Shown: positions 10,325 through 20,079 of the stretch, one piece after another
Position numbering within the stretch: position 1 is the stretch's first letter
Layout of the letters: each line of letters begins with the position of its first letter
Origin: Candidatus Bathyarchaeota archaeon
GTDB taxonomy: Archaea > Thermoproteota > Bathyarchaeia > Bathyarchaeales > Bathycorpusculaceae
Reading direction: 5' to 3'
Assembly (NCBI GenBank): GCA_963739305.1
Contig: CAVTZU010000018.1
Location: forward strand, 32,001 to 96,000
Length of the DNA stretch: 64,000 bases
Notes under the pieces: model-generated
Databases searched by the model: none
Told to the model about the DNA's origin: nothing
What the model saw: only the letters and a program-made list of their open reading frames with translations
Made by a program: the position numbers and the translations under genes

Positions 10325-10474
10325 TTTTATGCGCCTGTTGATGAGCTGTCATACGGTTGGGTTAAGATTGCTTATAGTGTTGCAGGTGCAGGATTTTACT
10401 CTTCTGGGTTACGTTTTTGTACAAGTAAGCAGTGAAATAGTTAAAATGTGAATGACGCGGGAGTGTTGCTTTGC

Positions 10475-11698
10475 ATGGTTGAAAATGTCAGAGAGCTTCT
10501 AAAAGCGCACAGCGGGCTGAAGCGTGAAGTTTACTTCGACATCGAGAACTCGAGTCCTGTTCCAGACGAGGTTGTTGAAGCAATGTTGCCCTACTACAAC
10601 AAGGTTGCCTATGGGAATCCGACTCTAACGCACAAGCCGGGATGGGAGGCTTTCGAGACGCTTATGGAGTCTTCGCAGAAGCTCGCTTCTTATTTGGGCT
10701 GTCGGAATGCTGAAGAAGTGAATTTTACGCCGGGAGAGACTGAAGCCAATAACTTGGCAATTTTGGGGATCGCACGTTCTTTGAGGGAGAAGGCTCGGAG
10801 GATCGTGATTTCAGAGGTTGAGCCGATAAATGTGCTGCAGGTCGTTGAGATGCTGCAGAAAGAGGGGTTCAGCGTAACGAAGGTGCCCGTTGATCGCGAA
10901 GGTTTCATAAATCTCGAGAAGTTGAGGGAAGCCGTGGATCATGAGACTGCAATCGTGAGCTTGTCGGCCGTGAATCATGAGATTGGGACTATTCAGCCGC
11001 TGAAGGAAGCCGTGGAGATCGTCTCAGACAGGAACGTGGAGACAGTTTTTCACACGGATGCTTCTGACGCGTTCGGCAAGGTTCCTTTTGACGTTCAGAC
11101 TTTGAACGTGGATCTGGCAACCATCAGCAGCTATAAGGTTTTAGGGCCAAGAGGCGCAGGCTGTTTGTACGTGAAGGGCGGTGTCGATTTGGAGAGGATT
11201 TTGGAAGGTCAAATTGGAACGCAGAAGCTGTGGCCTGGCGTGGAAAACACGCCCGCGATCGTTGGTTTCACGAAGGCTTCAGAGTTGATTTTTCAGGATT
11301 TTGAGACTAATGTTGCTAGAATCAAACGGTTGCGGGACAAGTTGGTTGATGGAATAATGAGCATTATTCCTGAAGTTGAGCTTAACGGTCCAAGAGGTGA
11401 AAGAAGAGCTCCTGACAACGCAAACATAAGCTTCTTGAGGTGCGAGGGAGAAGCCCTCACGATCGAGTTGAGTCTGAGCGGGGTTTATGTTTCAAGCGGA
11501 AGCGCCTGCTCCAGGAGGCTACTTCAGCCCAGCCACGTTCTCATCGCCATCGGAAGGAAGTTTGATCAAGCCCACGGTAGCATTTTGATGAAGGTTTCCC
11601 GTGTTCACAGTGAAGAAGACATAAATTACGCTTTGGAGGTTATTCCCAAAGCGGTTGATCGCATCAGAAGGATTAGTGGTTCTACAGGAGTGTCATGA
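10475..11698 (+). CDS. iscS: IscS/NifS-family (group I) cysteine desulfurase homolog with atypical active site
   Basis: YGNP, TEANNLA, NHEIGT, SSYKVLGPRG, SSGSACS; ATG at 10475 after GGGAG. Confidence 0.85.
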   Translation: MVENVRELLKAHSGLKREVYFDIENSSPVPDEVVEAMLPYYNKVAYGNPTLTHKPGWEAFETLMESSQKLASYLGCRNAEEVNFTPGETEANNLAILGIARSLREKARRIVISEVEPINVLQVVEMLQKEGFSVTKVPVDREGFINLEKLREAVDHETAIVSLSAVNHEIGTIQPLKEAVEIVSDRNVETVFHTDASDAFGKVPFDVQTLNVDLATISSYKVLGPRGAGCLYVKGGVDLERILEGQIGTQKLWPGVENTPAIVGFTKASELIFQDFETNVARIKRLRDKLVDGIMSIIPEVELNGPRGERRAPDNANISFLRCEGEALTIELSLSGVYVSSGSACSRRLLQPSHVLIAIGRKFDQAHGSILMKVSRVHSEEDINYALEVIPKAVDRIRRISGSTGVS

Positions 11699-12201
11699 AA
11701 TTGTCGCGTGCGCCTTTGCCGTATAATCCGAAGATTCTGGAGTTGTTTAGGAACCCGAAGAACCTTGGCAAGATGGAGGACGCCAGCGTTTCTGCCGTGG
11801 CTGGAAACCCGATGTGTGGTGACATGATAACGTTCTATCTCAAGATCAGCGACTACGGTGTAGTGGAGAAGGCGTCGTTTGAAAGCTATGGGTGTGCTGC
11901 AAACATCGCCACGTCGAGCATCGTCACTGAGATGATTAAGGGTATGAAGCTTGAGGATGCTTGGAACGTATCTTACAAGAGTGTGGCTGAAGCCGTTGGC
12001 GGTCTGCCGAGCGTGAAGTTTCACTGCGGCATCTTGGCGGTCGGTGCGCTCAAGAGAGCTATCAGGAAGTATTTCGAAATCAAAGGAGCGACCCCGACTT
12101 GGTTGCAGAAGGAGCCGAGCTTTGAAGAGAAGCAAGCTTTGGAAGAGGAACAGTTAGCGAAGATGCTGGATAAACGGATGAAGCTTGCGGAAGGAAAATG
12201 A
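11695..12201 (+). CDS. iscU: Fe-S scaffold IscU/NifU-N with C-terminal extension
   Basis: GNPMCGD, YGCAANIA, LPSVKFHC; ATGA overlap with iscS. Confidence 0.93.
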   Translation: MKLSRAPLPYNPKILELFRNPKNLGKMEDASVSAVAGNPMCGDMITFYLKISDYGVVEKASFESYGCAANIATSSIVTEMIKGMKLEDAWNVSYKSVAEAVGGLPSVKFHCGILAVGALKRAIRKYFEIKGATPTWLQKEPSFEEKQALEEEQLAKMLDKRMKLAEGK

Positions 12202-13440
12202 TGTTCGATCCAGATGAGGTTCGAAAGGATTTTCCTATTCTTAAGCGAAAGATCAACGGTTGTCCGCTCATCTATTTTGACAACGCAGCGACGACGCAGA
12301 AGCCGACGCAAGTAATCAACGCCATCAAGGATTTCTATGAGAATCACAACGCCAACGTTCACCGGGCGGTGTACACGCTTTCACAGGAGGCATCAGAACT
12401 TTATGAGGAGGCCCATGAAGAGGTTGCCAAGTTTATCAACGCGAAAGGTATGGATGAGACGATTTTCGTTAGAGGCACAACCGAGGCAATAAACCTCGTC
12501 GCGTACTCGTGGGGACTTCACAACCTGAAGAAGGGTGATGAGGTCGTTGTTTCTCTAATGGAACATCACAGCAATATTGTCCCTTGGGAACTGATCTCTA
12601 GGATGCGCGGGTTCAAGATCAGATATGCCGAAGTGGATAAGGACGGGCGACTCAACTACGGGTCTTTGGAAGAACTTGTTACTAGGAAGACGAAGATGGT
12701 CTGTCTTTCGCATGTTTCAAATGTCACCGGTGTAATCAATGACGTGAAGAAAGTTGCCAAGCTTGCACATGAGCACGGAGCCTTGATGCTTGTGGACGGG
12801 GCGCAGTCGGTTCCTCATATGCCCGTGGACGTTAAGGATCTCGACGTGGATTTTCTGGCTTTTTCAGGTCATAAGATGTTAGGGCCGACTGGCATCGGCG
12901 TGTTATACGGCAAGAGTAACGTTCTCAATAGGATGGAGCCGTTCCACGGAGGAGGCGCGATGATCAAGGAAGTCTCGTTCAGCAATAAGACCAAGCGATG
13001 CTCCATCACTTGGAACGTGTTGCCTTGGAAGTTTGAGGCTGGAACGCCGAATGTTGATGGGGCGGTCGGTTTGAGGCGAAGCTGTGAAGTATCTTAAGCG
13101 GCTTGGTATGGAGAACGTGAAGAGACATGAAGAAAGGCTGACGAGTTACACTCTGCCGCGCTTGAAGGAGTGTTCAGAAAAAGTTGAGGTCTACGGTCCG
13201 ATGGATCCATCTGTGAAGTGCGGTATGATTCCCTTCAATGTAACAGGTCTGAGTTCACATGACGTTGCCCTGTTTCTTGATAGTTACGGGATTATGGTGA
13301 GGAGCGGGTTCCATTGTGCGCAGCCGTTGCATGAAATTCTCGACTTGAACTCTTCGGCCAGAGTGAGCTTCTACGTGTACAACACGATGAAGGAGGTTGA
13401 CAGGTTCGTAGAAGTGGTCAAGGAGATCGGACAGTTCTGA
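12198..13440 (+). CDS. sufS: SufS-family (group II) cysteine desulfurase, split by a +1 frameshift near 13075
   Basis: YFDNAATTQKP, ANVHR, EHHSN, FSGHKMLGPTG, FEAGTP in ORF 12198-13097; RSGFHCAQP and SARVSFYVYN in 13084-13440; removing one base in ttg-a-ggc-gaa restores GLGEAVKYL. Confidence 0.9.
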
Positions 13441-13709
13441 TGGCAACGGTTGATGATTACATTGCGAGAATAGAAGGAACCTGCGGCAAGGAAAAGGATG
13501 TTATAGTCACTTTCAAGTATGAAAAACGAGACGAAGCCGTCAAGAGAATCATGGAAAGAGCAAGGTTGAAAAAGTCTCTCGCAGGGATAATATTCGAGCT
13601 GGAATTCAAGAAGTATTCTTTTAGGCTTTATTCAAGCGGAAAGGTTATTCTTCGGGGTTTGGAGAACAAAGAAGAACTAACCGGGCTTTTGTCCGAGCTT
13701 CTCCTTTGA
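13440..13709 (+). CDS. Small protein resembling the C-terminal domain of long ThiF/MoeB proteins
   Basis: GTCG near the N-terminus and FRLYSSGKVILRG..NKEE pattern; coupled to the sufS stop. Confidence 0.6.
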   Translation: MATVDDYIARIEGTCGKEKDVIVTFKYEKRDEAVKRIMERARLKKSLAGIIFELEFKKYSFRLYSSGKVILRGLENKEELTGLLSELLL

Positions 13710-13752
13710 AGATAATCTTGCTCAGAAGATGTGTACAGTTTGTCTGACCTGT

Positions 13753-15263
13753 CTACTTGTGCCTAAATTCCTGAATTATGTCCTTGGGAAGTCTTCTTGT
13801 TTCTTTGTCGATAAGCCACAGAAGCCCTAGGTATATTAGACCTCCAAGCGCGGTTTCAGCGAGTATCACGGAGATTCTTGATCGAGTGCGGAATAATGTA
13901 GAGCACTATTCCCATGGCAGCTGCCGAGAAAAGGTATTTTCCTATGTTTCTCCAAGGAATTCGAACCATTACGGCTTTGCGGACAACGATGAACAAGATG
14001 AGAAACATGGCTGTTCGAACGACTGCGTTGATTATGCTGACGTACAGTGCAGCTTGATACGGCTGATTGTTGGCGAGATTTGTTAGTACATAGTATGCTG
14101 TCGGGAGTCGTGAACGCTGAATGGAGATATGGCAATGAGAACGCTATGAACATCTTGCTTTTGACTAGTTTGCGCAGAGATAGTTTCGCTTCGTCGTCAA
14201 CGGTTTCGAACCCGTAAGGATTGACAGATAGAATCCTGATATTACACTTACGAATGCGTCGACTGCTAGTACCATCAGCACGGGACCTGTGCCTGCGAAC
14301 TCGGGTCTCAGGAGAACTATGAAGGAGTCTGCCAGGACGATGGCGCCGATGGTCATAGGTATGGCGAACATTAGCACCATTTTCATGCAGCTTGTGGCGT
14401 CTTCGCAGTTTTTGTCAGCCATGAGCTTTGGGTAAAGCGCATAGGACAGGAACGATGAGTAGGTGATCACGTTCACGACTACTGCACCGGCGCCAAGTGT
14501 TCCTCGCGGCTCCTTCGCCGCCGAATGCAAATAGCATTATGAATATGACTGCCGCCAGTTGGTTGCCTACGACGTTGTAGATGTTTCCCAGTGATCCTTT
14601 GAGCCACTCGCGTATGTACGCAAAACTTGATCCGCTTGTTCAGTTCCGCGGCGACCAATACTGGCCATCGAGTATAGGTCTCGAAATTGCGAAACCTTCC
14701 ATGGTCGCGACGGAGTAGAGAAATTGGACGAGAAATTGCTGGAATACCTTCAGACGAGTCATGTAGGCGACTGTGCATTGCATTTTCTCTGCCTTACTGC
14801 ACGAGCAATAACCGTGCCAATCGCTGTAGGTTACCCTTAACGCAATCAAGGTTCAAGCAACGCCGTGTGGTCGCAAGTACGTTACAGCCATTATCTGACT
14901 CGGATGAGCAGGTATCGTTGAAGTTAGCGCCTGCGAAAAGATGTGAAGGTCGAAATCCCGTGGAAAAGTAGTATGGAAATCCCGGTTGCTGCTCTTAGAT
15001 GGCGAGGTTTTTCACCAACGTTCCTGTTCTGGTGGATCGTACTTTGTCTCGTGTGACGTATCGCCATAGCAGAATGAAAGTACAACTTGACAAGGACAGT
15101 AGCTGCTCACATCACGAATGTCTGAACCACACGATCGTACTCAACTCGCTGAGCGCTCGGCTATTATGAACTGAAAGATCAGGCCAGTTAAACGCTGGTT
15201 AGCTTTGCTGCAAAACTGATAAAGCCAGAATGTTCCACGGATATCTTTCGCTGAAACTGCCAT
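13753..15263 (-). pseudogene. Polysaccharide flippase (Wzx/MOP family), heavily frameshifted or garbled
   Basis: Hydrophobic fragments in several frames (MAVSAKDIR.., SFLSYALYPKL, MVLMFAIPMTIGAIVLA, LLWLIDKETRR..EFRHK*). Confidence 0.7.
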
Positions 15264-15384
15264 GTTTTTTACGCGCATATTTGCCGTGATGCTATCTAAG
15301 GTTGCTTCGTTGCTGAACTCATACATAACGCACGGCGAGGTCAAATTGACGACCTTCGAACAAAAGATATGTCAAACGTGGACG

Positions 15385-16857
15385 TCAGCGAGCGAGAAGC
15401 CTGATTCTCATTCTAGTTCTGCTGATCCAGTTGTAGACCGGAAAAAGAGGTTTCTTAATCGCTTGCGGAAGCACATCCTTCAGTTCTCTGTGAAGACCCA
15501 GTCTGATCGCCATCTCTCCTTTCGTTGTGAGAGGAATGTAGTACCGGGTCAATTCGAACTTCTCGAAGCCATTGCTTTGTTTGAATTTGTCCAGAGACGG
15601 ATGATTGCCCATTCTGCCGTACATGACCCAATCCATATGCATATTTGCACTTACTTCAATCGCTTTCGCAACCAGACTGTTGTTCACTGCTTTGTCCCGG
15701 TGCCGTTGCATCGAAAGAATCTGCGAAATAATGATTATCTTGTCACCTTGAACAAGCTGTACGAATCCGACCAGCTCGTTGTCTAGGTATGCTCCAACGT
15801 AGATGCAGTTCTTCGAGGACCTCATTTCTCTGTCAATATTCTGCAAAGAGACTCCGTAATGAGGGAACGCTCTTTCTTGTCGTATGGGCGTTTCATTGTA
15901 CATCCTCCAGATTCCTTCGGCGAGTTTCTCGTTGGGTTCAGCAACTTGTGCCCTGATCCCGCTTTTCTCTGCTTTACGAATCATGTTGCGCGTCTTCTTG
16001 TCAATGCTCTTCCACCATTCATCGAAGCTAAGCAATTTCAATAAGGCTATGTTGTCTTTCGCTTTTGACCACGTTCTGGCGGGGTTTGTTACGCTGAAGC
16101 ACCATTTTCTCTCGAGGAACGTGAAAACGTCGAAGCCTCTTTCCTCGAGTTTTTGAATGAGTTGTGCACTGGGTACTACGTTCTTTTCATATTCTCTAAT
16201 GTCTCTGCCAACGTTCATGAAAGCCTTTCTTTGCAGCCTGACAGATTCAATGTCAGCGTCCACTTCCAGAATCTGCTTGAAGACCTGATAGAAAGATCCT
16301 CTGTGGTTTAATGTTCCTTTTTGGAAAAGCCAGATAGGGTGGAAGTACATGACGTATCCTTCTCTTAGACGTTCTTCAGTAACTCGAAGAGTTTCTTGAG
16401 CTGAATGCGAATAAGCCAGACTGTCTATTCCGATCGTAGGGAACTGATGGAACGATTGCAGCGGGAAATCTTTCCGAATCTTCGGGGCCTTTGATTTCCA
16501 GCGTCTCCACATTACTCTGGCGAGAACGCGTGCTGTTCCGTGAATTGTGTAATAACTTGTTTTTCTCCCGGTCGCCTTTTCAAGTAACTGCATTTCTTTT
16601 TCTGGGTCGTTAACAACGTGAAGAGCGATCTCGTGTTTTTCATTGTCTATCATCCGCAGTAATTGATCGTCAGGAATCGTCTTCGGCGTAAAGAACCAAT
16701 ATGCCTTCAGGTCTCTCTTTGATTCGTTTATCATTCTCGCAACTATTTTGGAATTCTTGAGATAGTCCCCACCAATTTGGAGTCCCAAGAACGTGTAAAA
16801 GAAGCTTCTTATTCTTGATGGATAAGGATAGTCAACGTCTATTCTGAGTCTTATCAA
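15385..16857 (-). CDS. Polysaccharide deacetylase-like + GNAT (FemAB-like) fusion protein
   Basis: N-terminal RIDVD..., HEIALH, YFHP; C-terminal WWKSIDKKTRNMIRKAEKSG, LDKFKQSNGF. Confidence 0.7.
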   Translation of the reverse strand: MIRLRIDVDYPYPSRIRSFFYTFLGLQIGGDYLKNSKIVARMINESKRDLKAYWFFTPKTIPDDQLLRMIDNEKHEIALHVVNDPEKEMQLLEKATGRKTSYYTIHGTARVLARVMWRRWKSKAPKIRKDFPLQSFHQFPTIGIDSLAYSHSAQETLRVTEERLREGYVMYFHPIWLFQKGTLNHRGSFYQVFKQILEVDADIESVRLQRKAFMNVGRDIREYEKNVVPSAQLIQKLEERGFDVFTFLERKWCFSVTNPARTWSKAKDNIALLKLLSFDEWWKSIDKKTRNMIRKAEKSGIRAQVAEPNEKLAEGIWRMYNETPIRQERAFPHYGVSLQNIDREMRSSKNCIYVGAYLDNELVGFVQLVQGDKIIIISQILSMQRHRDKAVNNSLVAKAIEVSANMHMDWVMYGRMGNHPSLDKFKQSNGFEKFELTRYYIPLTTKGEMAIRLGLHRELKDVLPQAIKKPLFPVYNWISRTRMRIRLLAR

Positions 16858-17285
16858 AGTTGATACCGTTTATGTTAAGCTTTTGTGACTATTCTTTCCT
16901 AGTCTCTTTATAGGTTTCCTTTTCCACAAGGACTGCTGTGCTGTCCGCGAGGGTTCATCTTATCGCTAGCGAGTCGCACGTTGCGAAAATCTCTTGAACC
17001 TATGAATAACAGCGGTTAGATATGTTGATCGAGTATTGTGCATCATTCTGCTTGAATCATCTGTGAAAGGGAGTAAGTCCAGTTTGTTGCGTCAAAAGAA
17101 GAAGGAATTAATGAGAGCTGCACAATAAATGATGTCACAATTGTGGTGATGATGGAAGACATTGGTGGAGAGCCCAAAGAAACATTCATTATCCACTTTA
17201 TTATACGATTGCAGCATGCTATTGAGGGTTCAATAATGAGGGAGTTGGAATGACGAAGATTGCGTTAGTAACTGGGATGACATGA

Positions 17286-18230
17286 ATGTTCAAAGACAAG
17301 ACTGTACTTATAACAGGTGGAACAGGCTCATTTGGACGATGGATTCTGAAAGACATTCTCAGAAATTCCGTTAAGGAGATACGCATTCTCAGTCGAGATG
17401 AAGAGAAACAGCTTGATGTTAGACGTGAAGCCAATGATTCCCGGATAAAATTCTACATTGGTGACGTAAGGGACTACGACAGAGTCATGCAGGCATGCAG
17501 AGGAGTCGACGTCTTGTACCATGCGGCAGCACAAAAGATCATCGATTCTTGCGAGGAAAACCCCACAGAAGCTTTAAAAACCAATGTTTTGGGGACATGG
17601 AACGTGAAAAGAGCCGCAGTAGCTTGTGATGTCGAAAGAAGTGTTCTGATTTCAACAGACAAAGCTGTTAAACCAGTGAACTTGTATGGAATGACAAAAG
17701 GCATGGCTGAGAAAATATGGATACGTAATGAGGATGCAGAGTCAAAGACGATTTTTGCAGTAGTCCGATATGGGAATGTAATTGGATCTCGTGGTTCAGT
17801 TGTCCCTTATTTCAAGCAGCTGATTGAGGATAAGAAACCTCTGCCTATTACTCATCGAGACATGACTAGGTTTCTCGTTACTCTTAAGCAAGCAACAGAG
17901 CTGGTATTTCACGCAACTAAACACAGTACTGGTGGAGAAATCTTTGTGCCTGATCTTCCTGCGTGCAGAATTGTTGATCTAGCAAAAGCCATGGCAGGAG
18001 ACAAGTATCCTCTCAATTTTGTTGGGATACGGCTTGGAGAGAAGATACACGAATGTCTGATTCAAGAGTACGAGATGCATAGAACCGAGAAGAAGGGCAG
18101 ATATTTCATTATTCATTCTGACTTGCAACTTAATCACAGTGATTTGACAGAAGAATTCACCAGTGACAAGACTAGGCTGCTGGATAAGAAAGGAATACTT
18201 GCTTTGTTGAAAGAGGCAGGATGGGCTTGA
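17286..18230 (+). CDS. UDP-GlcNAc 4,6-dehydratase (PseB/FnlA/CapD-like)
   Basis: TGGTGSFG, SRDEEKQ, STDKAVKPVNLYG, RYGNVIGSRGSV, GEKIHE. Confidence 0.92.
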   Translation: MFKDKTVLITGGTGSFGRWILKDILRNSVKEIRILSRDEEKQLDVRREANDSRIKFYIGDVRDYDRVMQACRGVDVLYHAAAQKIIDSCEENPTEALKTNVLGTWNVKRAAVACDVERSVLISTDKAVKPVNLYGMTKGMAEKIWIRNEDAESKTIFAVVRYGNVIGSRGSVVPYFKQLIEDKKPLPITHRDMTRFLVTLKQATELVFHATKHSTGGEIFVPDLPACRIVDLAKAMAGDKYPLNFVGIRLGEKIHECLIQEYEMHRTEKKGRYFIIHSDLQLNHSDLTEEFTSDKTRLLDKKGILALLKEAGWA

Positions 18231-18231
18231 C

Positions 18232-18954
18232 ATGAAAGTCCTCATAACAGGAGGCACTGGAAGGCTTGGCAAGGAACTCGTAAGGGTCTTTCCAGAATCT
18301 TTGCATCCGAGAAGACAAGAACTTGAAGTCGAAATGGAGTCTCAGGTGGACAACTACATTTCTGAAAAGAAACCTGACGTCATAATTCATACCGCGGCGG
18401 TTACTAGTGTAACCGATTGTGAAGAGAATAGAAAAAAAGCATACGAGACAAATGTTGGGGGAACAGAGAACCTAATTGATGCTTGTCTCCATCATGATTC
18501 CGACTGTTATTTTGTGTTGATTAGTACAGCGTGTGTTTTTCGTGGTGATGTTGGCAACTACGTTGAAACTGACCTGCCATATCCCAAGAACTACTACGCC
18601 CTCACAAAACTGCTTGCAGAATGCGTGGTAGAATATTCCGGGTTGAAATTCCTCATCATAAGAACTAACTTTGTAGCTCGTGAAAAATGGCCGTATCCGA
18701 AAGCTTTCACAGATAGATATGGCACCTACCTCTTCGCTTCCGACGTGGCGTCAGCGGTTAAATCTATGGTCGAGCAGAAACTTACTGGAATTGCTCACGT
18801 ATATGGTGATAAGAAGATGTCGATGTTTGAACTTGCCAAGATTACAACGCCAGATATCCAACCTATGACCTTGGCAGATTATCATGGTGTTCCACTAACT
18901 GTTGACATGAGTTTGTCGTCTATCAGAATTAAGTCGTTCAGAATAGGTAAATGA
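18232..18954 (+). CDS. RmlD-like NDP-4-keto-sugar reductase
   Basis: TGGTGRLG, IHTAA, ISTACVF, YYALTK. Confidence 0.85.
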   Translation: MKVLITGGTGRLGKELVRVFPESLHPRRQELEVEMESQVDNYISEKKPDVIIHTAAVTSVTDCEENRKKAYETNVGGTENLIDACLHHDSDCYFVLISTACVFRGDVGNYVETDLPYPKNYYALTKLLAECVVEYSGLKFLIIRTNFVAREKWPYPKAFTDRYGTYLFASDVASAVKSMVEQKLTGIAHVYGDKKMSMFELAKITTPDIQPMTLADYHGVPLTVDMSLSSIRIKSFRIGK

Positions 18955-18960
18955 GGGTTT

Positions 18961-20079
18961 ATGATGAGTGCGACAAGAACTCTTTGGAAAGGTGTCGGCT
19001 ATATGCTTGGTAGAATGCATAGTGAATTTGCGGTTCCAACTGCAGTTGAGCTTTGTTTGACGCATTTGTGTAATATCGATTGCGTCTATTGTATGCGACA
19101 GAGTTTCAAGCCTAAAGCTGGTTATATGACACTGGAAAATATCAAAACTTTAGTCAAGAGAATGCCATATATTTGGAATATTACAATTCAAGGATTATGT
19201 GAACCTTTTCTCAATCCGGAGTGTCCAGAGATTATTGAGTGGCTCAAAAGCCAAGGTTACCATATCAGCTTTACAACTAATGGAATGGTATCTTTGACTG
19301 GGAAAAGATTAGACTGTCTAAGATCTGTAGATGACTTTTGTATGTCTATAGATAGTAGCGATCCTGAGACTTTCACTTATCTTCGTGGGGGTGCAAAGCT
19401 TCCAATCGTAATGCAAAACTTGAAGAGGGTTGTAGACATGAAAAGGAGTTTAGGTTTGAGCAAACATGATAACCCTCCATTTTATGTGAATGCGGTAATA
19501 ACGTCCATGAATTTTGATCAAATACCTGAATTGCTCAAGATGTTAGAACCCTATGAAGATCAAATTACATACTTACAAGTTAATTCTGTTTCACGACCAG
19601 ATTATAGCAAATTTGAACCGCTAGCCATAAAACATGACAAAGATTTTGAAGCAAAAATACAAGATCTTAAAGAGGTTATCAAACAGTCTAAAATAGCAGT
19701 GGTGGGTCTTGACTACATGCTTGTCCCAAGTTATAATTGGAAAGATTGTCCTATGGCTTGGGGAAATCTTTGGGTAGAACCTAATGGAGACATATACAAT
19801 TGTTATGGTTTCGATTACGTGATAGGTAATGTATTCAAAGATAGCCCATTGTTAGCATTTAATGGCAAAAAGCAAAGAGATTTTCGCAAGAGACTTATGG
19901 CAGAAAATCCTCCACTAAAACAATGTCATTCTTGTAATTTTGCAAGAGAAGGTTGGCAAATTCACGGAGGATACGTTGCACGTTCAAGAGAATTAAGTGT
20001 AAATAAACCTATGAGCTTTTACGAGGCTTTCAAGCATGTCTTAGTGGTTTTGACAAGAAAAGGGAGATATTCATTCTGA
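18961..20079 (+). CDS. Radical SAM protein with SPASM/twitch domain
   Basis: CNIDCVYC; C-terminal CPMAW...NGDIYNC...CHSC. Confidence 0.9.
   Translation: MMSATRTLWKGVGYMLGRMHSEFAVPTAVELCLTHLCNIDCVYCMRQSFKPKAGYMTLENIKTLVKRMPYIWNITIQGLCEPFLNPECPEIIEWLKSQGYHISFTTNGMVSLTGKRLDCLRSVDDFCMSIDSSDPETFTYLRGGAKLPIVMQNLKRVVDMKRSLGLSKHDNPPFYVNAVITSMNFDQIPELLKMLEPYEDQITYLQVNSVSRPDYSKFEPLAIKHDKDFEAKIQDLKEVIKQSKIAVVGLDYMLVPSYNWKDCPMAWGNLWVEPNGDIYNCYGFDYVIGNVFKDSPLLAFNGKKQRDFRKRLMAENPPLKQCHSCNFAREGWQIHGGYVARSRELSVNKPMSFYEAFKHVLVVLTRKGRYSF

Noticed and set aside
17125-17165. C-box-like GTGATGA and CACAATTGTG palindrome
   Set aside because: No D box (CTGA) at suitable spacing; could be chance or a single operator
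17283-17285. In-frame TGA as possible selenocysteine readthrough
   Set aside because: The downstream gene has its own complete N-terminal Rossmann motif, there is no Cys-equivalent position, and I recognised no SECIS
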